Virus record (IMG/VR): IMGVR_UViG_3300029510_000031
Coordinates: 1-10,624 of that record
Direction: 5' to 3' (one strand)
DNA: 10,624 bases
Origin: a virus
The notes below the pieces were generated by a model that worked only from the letters and a program-made list of their open reading frames with translations, did no database searches and was not told the origin of the DNA. The position numbers and the translations under genes were made by a program. Below are positions 1 to 8,146 of this stretch, piece after piece (position 1 is the stretch's first letter; each line of letters begins with the position of its first letter).

Positions 1-1134
1 AAGCGAGCTGATAGCCCCACCGATTGTGCTAAGTGCAGAAACGACGTTCCCGACCCAAATAATCAAGGTCCCAAGCACTGTGATAATAGGCCCCGCTGCT
101 CCAACGATAAGCGCTGCCCATTTAACCCAGCCGTCCACTGGCAAATTGTCCCAGATAGTCCCTAGAACACGCACCACATTGTCTTTAAATGTGATGATAG
201 TCTGCTTCATGTTCTCCATAAGCTGCTTGATATTAGCTTCGTTGTTACCAAGACCGGCCACTAAGTTCTCAGCGGCTGCTTTCATGGAATTAAACGAACC
301 CGAAACGGTTGTACTTGCTTCTTTAGCAGTCGTTCCGGTAACTCCCAATCTATCTTGAGTAATACCGATGGCATCAATCAAGGTATGAAATGGAATATCA
401 CGGATATTGTCAGCTGTAGCTTCAAATTCACCATTCAAGACACCAGATTCATTGACCAAGCGAGCCATTTCGGACATGGTACCACCATAACCGAGTTTCA
501 AGTTATCCAACATTGAATAGTTGTCCTTTGCGAAACCTTGGTAAGCATTTTGAATGTCCGTCATGTTAGTACCGAACTTGTTCGCATTATCCGACATTTG
601 GACAAGGGCTTTATCCCCGTATTTCGCAGCCTTGGCAGTATCACCGCCTAGACCTTGTAGCAACGTAGCTGAGAACGATGTTACCTGCTCCATATAGCGG
701 TTAGCAGACACACCAGCCGTCCTATAGGCTCGGTTGGCGTTTTCAATGACGTTGGTCCCCTCGCGGTCCATTGTGTTATAGAGTTCTTGGGCTTGCTGTC
801 TGGTCATGCCGTAGTCTCTGGCAAGGGCGTTGACACTTGAGCCGTTCTGTTTGAATAGCGTAGAAACACCACCCAAAGATTGCTCAAGGTCTGCATAGCC
901 TTTGATGACGGCAGTCAAACCTCCAACCATAGGCAGTGTAAAAGCTGTGGTCATTCCAGCGCCGACTGATTGCATGGCGCTACCAACTGACTTCAAACTG
1001 CTACCAACTTGAGCAAGCATGCCCCCAGACTGATTCTTCAAATCAGCAAGGGCAGACTTGGCAGCATTGACACCGTTGGTGAAGTCGCTTGAATTGGCAC
1101 GCAATATGGCCGTAACGTCAAAAGATGCTCCCAT
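1..1134 (-). CDS. Tail tape measure protein, N-terminal 378 codons (3' end runs off the left edge of the window)
   Basis: Read by hand on the reverse complement. The frame is open from ATG 1134..1132 through position 1 (MGASFDVTAILRANSSDFTNGVNAAKSALADLKNQSGG...GTNMTDIQNAYQGFAKDNYSMLDNLKLGYGGTMSEMARLVNESGV...WVKWAALIVGAAGPIITVLGTLIIWVGNVVSAL). SD GAAAGGGGG lies 6 nt upstream, and the start overlaps the upstream stop as TAATG. The gene sits directly after the G/T chaperone pair. The Ala/Gly-rich helical N-terminus and hydrophobic segments are typical of siphovirus tape measure proteins. Confidence 0.85.
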   Translation of the reverse strand, partial: MGASFDVTAILRANSSDFTNGVNAAKSALADLKNQSGGMLAQVGSSLKSVGSAMQSVGAGMTTAFTLPMVGGLTAVIKGYADLEQSLGGVSTLFKQNGSSVNALARDYGMTRQQAQELYNTMDREGTNVIENANRAYRTAGVSANRYMEQVTSFSATLLQGLGGDTAKAAKYGDKALVQMSDNANKFGTNMTDIQNAYQGFAKDNYSMLDNLKLGYGGTMSEMARLVNESGVLNGEFEATADNIRDIPFHTLIDAIGITQDRLGVTGTTAKEASTTVSGSFNSMKAAAENLVAGLGNNEANIKQLMENMKQTIITFKDNVVRVLGTIWDNLPVDGWVKWAALIVGAAGPIITVLGTLIIWVGNVVSALSTIGGAISSL

Positions 1135-1460
1135 TAACTACCCCCTTTCATTTTTTGATTAATGATCCTATTCTTATCAGCTAACGAAAGCGCTCGACTT
1201 CTAGGCACAGTGTCCTCTGGTTTAAATATCCTACTGAACTCTTTCTCATGATCATAAAACTCATTAAAGGTTCGGTAAGCTGAGCGAACACTCTTGCCCT
1301 TGCCTTTGGTAGCCTGCACGGTCTGGTTATACCATGCTTGAATTGCTGCGTTAAAGCGGATATCCTCTTGTTTAATTGCGTAGGCAGTATTGTATACCTC
1401 AAATTCAACAAGAGTTGTCCTAGCGGCTTCTGTGTAGCTCATGCCGTGCCTTGCAATCAA
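1134..1460 (-). CDS. Tail assembly chaperone T-like ORF (-1 frame), probably expressed only as a G-T fusion by ribosomal slippage from 1511..1852
   Basis: This ORF is in the -1 frame relative to the G ORF. That frame is open from 1562 down to the stop at 1134..1136, but has no ATG/GTG/TTG before the TTG at 1460. It lies between the chaperone G gene and the tape measure gene, which is the canonical G/GT position. Confidence 0.7.
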   Translation of the reverse strand: MIARHGMSYTEAARTTLVEFEVYNTAYAIKQEDIRFNAAIQAWYNQTVQATKGKGKSVRSAYRTFNEFYDHEKEFSRIFKPEDTVPRSRALSLADKNRIINQKMKGGS

Positions 1461-1508
1461 TAAAGCAATTGCGTCATCGTAGCTGAAATCATAATCTGGT
1501 TGATGTTG

Positions 1509-1558
1509 CCCTACTCTTGAACGTTCATTGCGAGTTTGAGTAGGGATGACGCTTTTAA
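1509..1558 (-). promoter_or_regulatory. Candidate -1 programmed ribosomal frameshift signal (slip site TTA AAA G plus downstream stem-loop)
   Basis: The G frame reads GAG TTA AAA GCG (AAA at 1555..1553). After a 7-nt spacer (GCGTCAT) comes a perfect 8-bp stem: CCCTACTC (1545..1538), a 21-nt loop, then GAGTAGGG (1516..1509). The 3' arm contains the G stop codon TAG (1513..1511). Confidence 0.55.
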
Positions 1559-1852
1559 CTCGTCAATAATAGAGCCGATTGTCTCTTTGTATTTACCTTT
1601 GTCAATCAAATCAGCAAGATAGGCTTCAATGTCAGCGTCACTTGGCTTTTGTGGTGCTGTAATCGTACCAGCTTTGATGATATCCACAAATGCCAACGGG
1701 TCGTTGATAGCGACACCGGCTGAAATCAATGTCATAGCACCGTAACCAGTCTTCATGCCCTCAAGTTCTGCTGAGTGCAATTTGTTGATTTCACGCAAGA
1801 ACGCAAGTCCGAATTTCAATTCAAAGTCTCGTCCGTTGATAGATAGAATCAT
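1511..1852 (-). CDS. Tail assembly chaperone (gpG-like)
   Basis: 113 aa. SD AAAGGAGA lies 8 nt upstream of the ATG. The gene sits between the major tail protein and the T-like ORF/tape measure gene, and its 3' end overlaps an open -1 frame. Confidence 0.8.
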   Translation of the reverse strand: MILSINGRDFELKFGLAFLREINKLHSAELEGMKTGYGAMTLISAGVAINDPLAFVDIIKAGTITAPQKPSDADIEAYLADLIDKGKYKETIGSIIDELKASSLLKLAMNVQE

Positions 1853-1872
1853 GTTTTATTTCTCCTTTATAC

Positions 1873-1900
1873 AAAAAAAGCAAGGGCACAAAGCCCCTGC
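1873..1900 (-). terminator. Rho-independent terminator immediately after the major tail protein gene
   Basis: The minus-strand RNA reads GCAGGGGC-UUUGU-GCCCUUGC followed by UUUUUUU. The 8-bp stem has 7 Watson-Crick pairs and one G.U pair. That G.U pair becomes an A/C mismatch on the other strand, so the hairpin is strand specific. It lies in the 55-nt gap between the stop at 1908 and the next start at 1852. Confidence 0.8.
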
Positions 1901-1907
1901 AGTTAGA

Positions 1908-2450
1908 CTAGATAGATGCCGTTAGGCCGTCTTCTTTAGCAAGAGTGTGGTAGTCGTATTGAGCGCTTGCGACTGCTTTCTTCTGAGCTTCTGTCAAGCT
2001 GTCAGTTGAAATAATACCGTTACCATCAATAGCCATTTCATAAGAAAGCTCCACTTTGTCATCAGCGGGTGCTGAAATTTCAAAGTTCTTAAGATAACCT
2101 TGGTAATATTCAATGTCATAGACTTCTTTAGCTCCAGACATGCGTTTTGAAGCAAGGTCAGCTTGCCAGCACTCTACTTTGTCGCCTGCGATGAACCATT
2201 TACGCATTTCACGCCACATCTCAGTAGTAGTGCCATCTTCACGATAGGCAAGTGATACGAATTCCCCAGACACTTCGCCGTCGGAAATCGAGTTAACCAC
2301 ACCATCTTTAGTCTTGATAGTTTCGACCTCTTTCTCAGCGTTGATTTTGTGTTCTGTTTGAAAACGCACTTTAGCAGCGTCTTGTGTCTTTTGGTCTTTA
2401 ACGCGACGGAAGAAGACTATTAGGTCTTTCCCCAAAATAAGTTCTGCCAT
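1908..2450 (-). CDS. Major tail protein (phi13/TP901-1-like family by recollection)
   Basis: 180 aa. SD AAAGGAGG lies 5 nt upstream. The gene sits after the tail terminator gene and before the chaperone pair, and is followed by a strong terminator, as expected for a high-copy structural gene. Confidence 0.85.
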   Translation of the reverse strand: MAELILGKDLIVFFRRVKDQKTQDAAKVRFQTEHKINAEKEVETIKTKDGVVNSISDGEVSGEFVSLAYREDGTTTEMWREMRKWFIAGDKVECWQADLASKRMSGAKEVYDIEYYQGYLKNFEISAPADDKVELSYEMAIDGNGIISTDSLTEAQKKAVASAQYDYHTLAKEDGLTASI

Positions 2451-2831
2451 TTATTCCTCCTTTTTGGTATATGAAAATGAAAAATCCAGCACAATGTGGA
2501 TCAATGGCTGGGCGTCTGTATTGTCTGGTAAGACTTGCTTGTCTGTACCAGTCTTCAATAAGTTGTATTCAAACCCTCTAATTCTTTCGCTAACTTGTTC
2601 TAACGCTTGACAGTGGGCGTCTAGCTCTGCACGCTGCACTCTAGTCCCGTAGATATGGACGGTTTGTCTTATCGTTCCAAAATTGTCGTTATTGAGTGTA
2701 GGCGCTGAGCTATTCTCACCAACGAAAGCGAAAGGATAGCTTGCGGATGAATCGGGTAAGTAGTCGTAAGTTGCTAGCGTCTCACTAGCAATAGCAAATA
2801 GATTTCTGAATAAGTCGTGGCTAGGTGTCAT
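2451..2831 (-). CDS. Tail terminator / tail completion protein (SPP1 gp17-like position)
   Basis: 126 aa. SD GGAAGGAG is present, and there is an ATGA overlap with the upstream gene. The gene lies immediately upstream of the major tail protein gene. The call is based mainly on synteny. Confidence 0.6.
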   Translation of the reverse strand: MTPSHDLFRNLFAIASETLATYDYLPDSSASYPFAFVGENSSAPTLNNDNFGTIRQTVHIYGTRVQRAELDAHCQALEQVSERIRGFEYNLLKTGTDKQVLPDNTDAQPLIHIVLDFSFSYTKKEE

Positions 2832-3181
2832 TTAAAGGCTCCTTCCATAACTTTACGGATTTGGTCTGTGAAATAAGGCTCGATTTGCTGCATCATAGGA
2901 CGCATAAACGGCTTACCGGGCTGATAGCGTGTCCCAAACTCTTGAAACCCGCTATAAGACGCCGCTGAATGAATGTGCGATTCTTCGCCCATGTGCCTAG
3001 TGGTGATATTGGCTCTCAAGAAGCCGGTATCAACTGGCGCAAGCCCTTTTGAAATGCTCTTGCCTTTCTCAGCTGAGTTTTTAAGAGCTGTTTGGGCTTG
3101 TGTCCTAACCCCTTGGCTTGCCTTATTCAAAGCAGCAGCGAGGACTGTGTCCCCTCTCCACTCGATTGTGAAATTAGCCAT
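2828..3181 (-). CDS. HK97 gp10-family head-tail joining (neck) protein
   Basis: 117 aa. The motifs APVDTGFLRANI, FQEFGT and KPFMRP match the VDTGxLRxSI / EFGT / PFxRP signature I recall for the HK97 gp10 family. SD AGAGGTGA is present, and the gene overlaps the upstream gene by 8 nt. Confidence 0.8.
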   Translation of the reverse strand: MANFTIEWRGDTVLAAALNKASQGVRTQAQTALKNSAEKGKSISKGLAPVDTGFLRANITTRHMGEESHIHSAASYSGFQEFGTRYQPGKPFMRPMMQQIEPYFTDQIRKVMEGAFK

Positions 3182-3482
3182 TCAGCTCACCTCTTTTCAA
3201 TCTGATTGCGCCCTTAATCGGTGCGTCAATCTGTTCGATAGGGTAATACTTCTTGCCCTCATATAGAGCGTAGTCAAATGGCTTCTGCTCTTGACTGAAT
3301 CGGCATATCATGACAACGTCGGACCTACTCCCATAGGCTTCAAATACACGCTGCTGGTCAACAAAATTGACTAAACAAGGCACAATCTTACTAGACTGTG
3401 CCTTTTCTTCGTGCTTATCAGTAATCGGATTGTAAGTCGAAACGCCCTGTTTCACTAGCTTTATGCGGTGCGGTGTTTTCAT
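3174..3482 (-). CDS. Head closure protein (SPP1 gp16-like position)
   Basis: 102 aa. There is an ATGA overlap with the adaptor gene, and the gene lies between the adaptor and the gp10-like gene. The call is based mainly on synteny. Confidence 0.6.
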   Translation of the reverse strand: MKTPHRIKLVKQGVSTYNPITDKHEEKAQSSKIVPCLVNFVDQQRVFEAYGSRSDVVMICRFSQEQKPFDYALYEGKKYYPIEQIDAPIKGAIRLKRGELNG

Positions 3483-3826
3483 AGAAACTTCACCTTACCT
3501 TTTCGAGCTAATGAGCCGTCCAGACCGAAATCTTTATCCAGTATCTTTCTATAAGGCTTGAACATGTCGTCCCAATCCTCGTAAGTGACTGAATAGCCGT
3601 CTACGTTCTCGGTTTTAACACCCTCTGAGCCCTTACGACCATAGAGCTTGTAAACAACATTTTCGATGATGAAGTGATATTTCTTGTCAATCTCGGCTGT
3701 TCCAACTAGTGCTTTGAAATAGCTCTCAGCGTCGTTGACTAAGTCTTCAATCAATTGATCCTCAAGTTTGTCTTCAACGTCGATACCCAACCGACGCTTA
3801 ATCTTCTCAAGTTGGATATCGTTCAT
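3479..3826 (-). CDS. Head-tail adaptor/connector protein (gp6/SPP1 gp15-like)
   Basis: The ORF track starts this ORF at 3844 (MRRRSEM...). The ATG at 3826 (MNDIQLEKIKRRLGI...) is preferred because it is preceded by GGAGGAGG at 6 nt and lies 1 nt after the upstream TGA. The N-terminal pattern (IKxxLxIDxxDxxxDxLIxxLIxxA) is typical of this connector family. Confidence 0.75.
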   Translation of the reverse strand: MNDIQLEKIKRRLGIDVEDKLEDQLIEDLVNDAESYFKALVGTAEIDKKYHFIIENVVYKLYGRKGSEGVKTENVDGYSVTYEDWDDMFKPYRKILDKDFGLDGSLARKGKVKFL

Positions 3827-3827
3827 T

Positions 3828-4100
3828 TCAGACCTCCTCCGCATCTTTTAGAAGTTCTTCTAAATCTGCTTTTTTCGCTTTGGCATCATACTCGATACCA
3901 TCTTCATCAAGTTTTGCTTTGAGCTCTTTGACTGTAAGCTCTTTTGACGGCTCGACTGGTTCGATACCGCCTTTTTCAAGAACTTCTGCCACACGCTCTT
4001 TAGAAGGCTCGTAGCCTTCTCGTGGGTAAACTTCCCCGACTTGATAGATATACTCGTTATCTTGCAAGTCACGGAATGTAATCTTAGCTTTATAGGTCAT
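3828..4100 (-). CDS. Small acidic protein with a C-terminal HeH/SAP-like motif, function unknown
   Basis: 90 aa. SD GGGAGG lies 5 nt upstream. The C-terminal LTVKELKAKLDEDGIEYDAKAKKADLEELL fits the helix-extended-helix (SAP / Rho-N-like) pattern. Confidence 0.7.
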   Translation of the reverse strand: MTYKAKITFRDLQDNEYIYQVGEVYPREGYEPSKERVAEVLEKGGIEPVEPSKELTVKELKAKLDEDGIEYDAKAKKADLEELLKDAEEV

Positions 4101-4113
4101 TTAAACCTCCCGA

Positions 4114-5046
4114 CTAGACTCCTACTGGTTGGATAGCTGCAAATGCTTCATCATTCGGAATCGCTACGGCAATTTCAAAGATTGCACGGAGTGCTTGCAT
4201 GTCTTGTTCGAACAAGTGAACATCACCAGAATCAAGTGTGCCATCGTTTTGAACTTTAGACAAAGTAGCTTGATCTGCGATTTTAAGACGCAAGTTAGTA
4301 CCGTTTGGAATACCGTACACCAAACCGTTGAAGTTACCAGTAATCAATGTACCTGCCGGATAAGTTTGCCCGTCTTGCAATTGAAGTTGTGAATATGGAA
4401 GACCATCAAGCTCACCGATTGCGTTAGGGTTAGCTGGTTTAGTGAAGATGTGTTGACCACCGTTCACATTGTCAACGATTCCACGGAGTGTGCGGTTGAT
4501 TGTGCGGTGTCCTACAAATGCGTTAGGTTCTTTTTCCGACTTGTCCTCAACGTCATAGATGTTATTGAGGTTGATGTCCCCAGATACAATGTTTTGAGCA
4601 CGTTTAGCAGACGCCAAAACGTTAGCACCGAATGGATTGTTATACAAACCAAGGAATGCTGCCCCGTCAATTTTCTTGTTAAACAAATCGACAATCTTGT
4701 CCTTGATTGATTCGAAGTAATCAGTCCAAGTGTAGTTGAGGACTTCTTCTGTAACTGGCAAGATAACTGACAATTTACGAGATTCAAGAACGTAAGATTT
4801 AGTTTGTACTTTTGCAGTACCGATTTTTTGACCTTCACCTACGAAATAAGCGTCTGTCAATTGACCAACTTCTACGCCTTTACGAACCATTTTGCCGTCC
4901 ATTTCAACTTTTTGACCAAGCTGAATGACTCTTGAAGTTTTTACAAGTTCGTCAGTGAATAGATCAGTGATGTATTCTGATGTAATCTCTTTACCAAGAG
5001 AATCAGACAAAAGGACTGTGTCCGGATTGAATTTTTGTTGAGCCAT
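4114..5046 (-). CDS. Major capsid protein (HK97 fold expected)
   Basis: 310 aa. SD AAAGGAGAG lies about 5 nt upstream. The gene sits directly downstream of the scaffold gene, and its size and position are typical of SPP1-like modules that lack a protease. Confidence 0.85.
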   Translation of the reverse strand: MAQQKFNPDTVLLSDSLGKEITSEYITDLFTDELVKTSRVIQLGQKVEMDGKMVRKGVEVGQLTDAYFVGEGQKIGTAKVQTKSYVLESRKLSVILPVTEEVLNYTWTDYFESIKDKIVDLFNKKIDGAAFLGLYNNPFGANVLASAKRAQNIVSGDINLNNIYDVEDKSEKEPNAFVGHRTINRTLRGIVDNVNGGQHIFTKPANPNAIGELDGLPYSQLQLQDGQTYPAGTLITGNFNGLVYGIPNGTNLRLKIADQATLSKVQNDGTLDSGDVHLFEQDMQALRAIFEIAVAIPNDEAFAAIQPVGV

Positions 5047-5064
5047 GCGCTCTCCTTTCTTTGA

Positions 5065-5616
5065 TTAGAAATTAGTGATTTTGGCTTTATCAAACTTGTC
5101 TTTTCCACGGTGAGAACGCCCTTCCTCTCCACCGCTTGTGCGAGGTGGTAGAGCTTTGGCTTCCTCTCGTTTCTGCAAGTTTAAGATATTAGCCATGTTT
5201 GAAACAGCTAGCTTAGTAGCTTCTTCATCGCCTTTAACAACAAACGCGAGCGTTGACTCATTGACAGGCACGCCTTGAGCTTCGAGCTCTTTAATAGCGA
5301 TGTCCTGCATTTGACGTTGAGCGATTTGGGCTTGAAGTGCTGCAATTGTGCTCTGGGCTTCTTCGAATTCTTTATCCCGCTGTTTCTGTTGCAGCTCTTG
5401 AAGTTCTTCTTCACTCATTTTAGCTTTAGCAACGGCTTCCTCGATTTGAGATTGAATACCGGTTTGCATATCAGCAATTTCAAGAGTATGTTTCTCTTCC
5501 ATCTGTTTGAGTCTACGTTGCATTTCAGCAACTGACACCATCTTCTCCTCTTTTTCTGGTTGGCTAGCTTCAACCTCTTGAGGATCCTCAACTGTTTCAA
5601 GTTCTTTTTCTGCCAT
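5065..5616 (-). CDS. Capsid scaffolding protein (DUF4355-like)
   Basis: 183 aa. The protein is very rich in Glu/Gln/Lys/Ala with heptad-like runs, suggesting a coiled coil. SD AAAGGAG lies 6 nt upstream, and the gene is immediately upstream of the major capsid gene. Confidence 0.8.
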   Translation of the reverse strand: MAEKELETVEDPQEVEASQPEKEEKMVSVAEMQRRLKQMEEKHTLEIADMQTGIQSQIEEAVAKAKMSEEELQELQQKQRDKEFEEAQSTIAALQAQIAQRQMQDIAIKELEAQGVPVNESTLAFVVKGDEEATKLAVSNMANILNLQKREEAKALPPRTSGGEEGRSHRGKDKFDKAKITNF

Positions 5617-5702
5617 GATAGGCTCCTTTCTTTACGCTTTTACGAGCAACCCCCTCGAACTCATGCAGCTTTTAACGTCCTCAGCACGGTCTGGACAAAG
5701 GG

Positions 5703-6659
5703 TTATTCACCCCAAACACCGTTAACAGCTTCTTCATCAAGAGTGCTGCCACCAGCTTTATATTCCATTTTGATGTGGCCATACGCTGAACAGCGACAGT
5801 TAGGGTGCATTGGGTACATGTTAACCCCTTTCTCTGCCTTGTTAATTGGTATGGCTTTTCTATCTAGGGGCTTACAGATATCGCAAGCTCCACTTTCAGC
5901 AACATAGATTAAATGCGTGAAGTCATTCTCTTTCAGTATCATCAATTCTGTATCAGCATTAATGCGAGCTATTTCGGTCTTGAGCAATCGTTGGGCGTTG
6001 GCTTGGCTTGTGTTATATTTCTTAGCTAATCGCTGCCGTTCCTGCTTAAAACCGTCCATGTCGGTGAAGATACGTGCTAACGAGCTAAACACATCCTTCT
6101 GCATGTTTCCATGAAGTCCATTCCTGCCCCAAACTCTGCAACTAAAATTCTGCCCGTAGAAATCAGCGTCTAAAATTGCTCTCATACGACTTACCGCATT
6201 GACAGCAGAATTGCCCAGAATACCCGCTTGGCGCTTAAATTCAGCTAAGTATTCACTCTCACGCGCCTCGTCGAAGACTTCGTTAACGTCTGATATAAGA
6301 CTAGCTATTTCAAGCCTTAATTCTGCTTTGAGTAGCTCCAACCGACTGACTTTCATTTTTAAGTTAAACATTCTTAGCCATTGGTTAGTGCCGTGTGAGA
6401 AATCCTTCTCGACTACTGCCTTTCTTGCTCGGTCTCTATACTCAGTGACATCGAACTCATTAGCTCGCTTCATAGCTTCGGCACGGCTTAGCCCCTCTTT
6501 GTCAGCGTAGCGCATGTAAAAGCCGTTTATTTGGCTCTGCATACGGTTATATGACGCTTGATAAAGCTCTTTTAAGACCTTGTCACGCTCTATGTCACGC
6601 TTGATTAGGTCTGATTGCGCTTTTCTCTCGGCATTGTAGCGTTCATTATTCGTCATCAT
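5703..6659 (-). CDS. Minor head / head morphogenesis protein (SPP1 gp7 / Mu F family)
   Basis: The C-terminal CDIC-x25-CRC cluster, including MHPNCRC, is the signature I recall for this family. The gene sits directly after the portal gene. The ORF track starts at GTG 6668; ATG 6659 (6 nt after AGGTG) or ATG 6656 is more likely, so the start is uncertain by 9-12 nt. Confidence 0.85.
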   Translation of the reverse strand: MMTNNERYNAERKAQSDLIKRDIERDKVLKELYQASYNRMQSQINGFYMRYADKEGLSRAEAMKRANEFDVTEYRDRARKAVVEKDFSHGTNQWLRMFNLKMKVSRLELLKAELRLEIASLISDVNEVFDEARESEYLAEFKRQAGILGNSAVNAVSRMRAILDADFYGQNFSCRVWGRNGLHGNMQKDVFSSLARIFTDMDGFKQERQRLAKKYNTSQANAQRLLKTEIARINADTELMILKENDFTHLIYVAESGACDICKPLDRKAIPINKAEKGVNMYPMHPNCRCSAYGHIKMEYKAGGSTLDEEAVNGVWGE

Positions 6660-8145
6660 CCTCAACACCTACAATCTGACTAACTTCTAGATCAGTAGCC
6701 CCGCCCTCTTTGAGCAAACGGCTCTTTTCTTTGCGAGCGTCTGTGAAGCTAGCTGATTCCATAAGCGTCTCTTGTGAGATTTCCATGCCGGAATTGATAG
6801 CAGATTGAATCTCAGCCCATACATCCGTTGGCAGGTTCTCATGGAACGTAAATGTCAGCATGTCAGCGTCCACTGGTTCGATACCTTTGAGATTGTTAGA
6901 TAGCAACTCAAGCAGCTTATAGCGTCGTCTGAGCGCCTTGACAAAGAACCCACGCTTAACGGCTGTAACTTGCTGCAAATCAACTAGCTTGTAGCGGATA
7001 GCGATCCCAGACGTAGCTGAGAAAGTCGAATCGTCTTGCAAGTTAGGCAATCCAACAATGCGGAAGAAGTCTTTAATCAAACGTGATTTATACGCTTCGA
7101 CACCGCTGACATCATATTGTTTGTAGATATAGCCGGCATCTAGTGACGTTTGCTGCCCGTTGTGTCCGACACCACTCTCAAGTACTAGCATGTTAGCGTG
7201 CTTCATTTTCATGATGTCAGACGCATTCATGCCAGTACTTTCGACATCACCCTTGATAACCAGCATGGCATCGTTAAGGTCTGACATGTAGTTAGCTGTG
7301 TCCGACTCTGCTGCGTCGTAAGCGTCAATGATTGGAATCCCTTTCTCCCAATCTCCCGAACGCTCTCGGTTATTCTGCCATTCAACTACCGGCACCATTC
7401 CGAACGGGTTTTCTTTACGCTCGATTTCCTGCCAGTTTGGATCATAGCTGACAATCTTGCTATCAGTGTAGACCGTGACAAACATTTCACCGTTGTACAC
7501 TGGGCAATGAACAGCCGCAATGATATCTTTTCGGACGTCTGCGCTACGGATTGTGAACATCTCCCTTGCATCAATCAAGACCACTGCTGGATTGCCAAAC
7601 TCATCATAATAATGCAGCTCAAACGCTCGCCCAAAACGTGAAGCGTCATAGACTAACTCACGGTTAAGAGCTTCAATGTCGTTGTAAGCGTTGAAGTCAT
7701 CAATAGCCGTCAAGTCGCTGTCAGTGTCAGTAGCACCAATTGAAATAGGTTGACCCACCGTATAACCAGTGAAGAAGCGGCTAGCTTGTCCGCCCAGATC
7801 ATGCCTAATACGGTAGTCAGCTTTCTCTGGCTCTAGTCGTTTACGACCATTTAGAATGGTGTAGTTGTTCCCGTTTGAGTAGCTCTCTAGGATATTCAAG
7901 CGGTCTATCTGTCCATCTTGGAACTGAGCTACCATCTTCTCTAACTTCTCTCGTCCTTGAAACGTGTCCACTAGGTCGTCAGCTGATTGAGCCATGAAGT
8001 GGGTGTTAGCTTCTTTCGGAAAACGAAGGAAGTCTTCACGTTTCTGCAAGCTAGTCGGTTCCATGTCTCGCTCAAATTGGTATGATCTAGGAATGTACTG
8101 TCCTTCATGTAAAATGTCGTCAGCACTATGTGTTGTGTTCGTCAT
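6646..8145 (-). CDS. Portal protein (SPP1 gp6-like)
   Basis: 499 aa. SD AAGGAG lies 5 nt upstream, and the start lies 1 nt after the terL stop (TAGAATG). Its size and position between terL and the gp7-like gene fit a portal. Confidence 0.9.
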   Translation of the reverse strand: MTNTTHSADDILHEGQYIPRSYQFERDMEPTSLQKREDFLRFPKEANTHFMAQSADDLVDTFQGREKLEKMVAQFQDGQIDRLNILESYSNGNNYTILNGRKRLEPEKADYRIRHDLGGQASRFFTGYTVGQPISIGATDTDSDLTAIDDFNAYNDIEALNRELVYDASRFGRAFELHYYDEFGNPAVVLIDAREMFTIRSADVRKDIIAAVHCPVYNGEMFVTVYTDSKIVSYDPNWQEIERKENPFGMVPVVEWQNNRERSGDWEKGIPIIDAYDAAESDTANYMSDLNDAMLVIKGDVESTGMNASDIMKMKHANMLVLESGVGHNGQQTSLDAGYIYKQYDVSGVEAYKSRLIKDFFRIVGLPNLQDDSTFSATSGIAIRYKLVDLQQVTAVKRGFFVKALRRRYKLLELLSNNLKGIEPVDADMLTFTFHENLPTDVWAEIQSAINSGMEISQETLMESASFTDARKEKSRLLKEGGATDLEVSQIVGVEDDDE

Positions 8146-8146
8146 T

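Noticed and set aside
3827-3844. The upstream start of the adaptor ORF at 3844 (MRRRSEM...).
   Set aside because: It would overlap the preceding gene by 17 nt and has no SD. The ATG at 3826 has GGAGGAGG at ideal spacing.
5617-5702. An 86-nt untranslated gap between the gp7-like gene and the scaffold gene. This is the only sizeable gap inside the head module, so I looked there for a promoter, terminator or small ORF.
   Set aside because: I found only weak 4-5 bp stems (UGUCC/GGACG and CGAG/CUCG). The best promoter-like pair is poor (TTGTCC, 17 nt, TTAAAA), and the longest ORF is 10 codons. Nothing is strong enough to call without a folding program or comparative data.
1181-7574. Minus-strand alternative-frame ORFs nested in real genes: 1181-1411, 3860-4072, 4512-4838, 4941-5132, 5208-5414, 5415-5600 and 7386-7574.
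   Set aside because: They are out of frame within the chaperone-T, HeH, capsid, scaffold and portal genes. They have no SD. Their Lys/Ser-rich composition is what shifted frames of Glu/Lys-rich genes produce. I have no independent support for overprinting.
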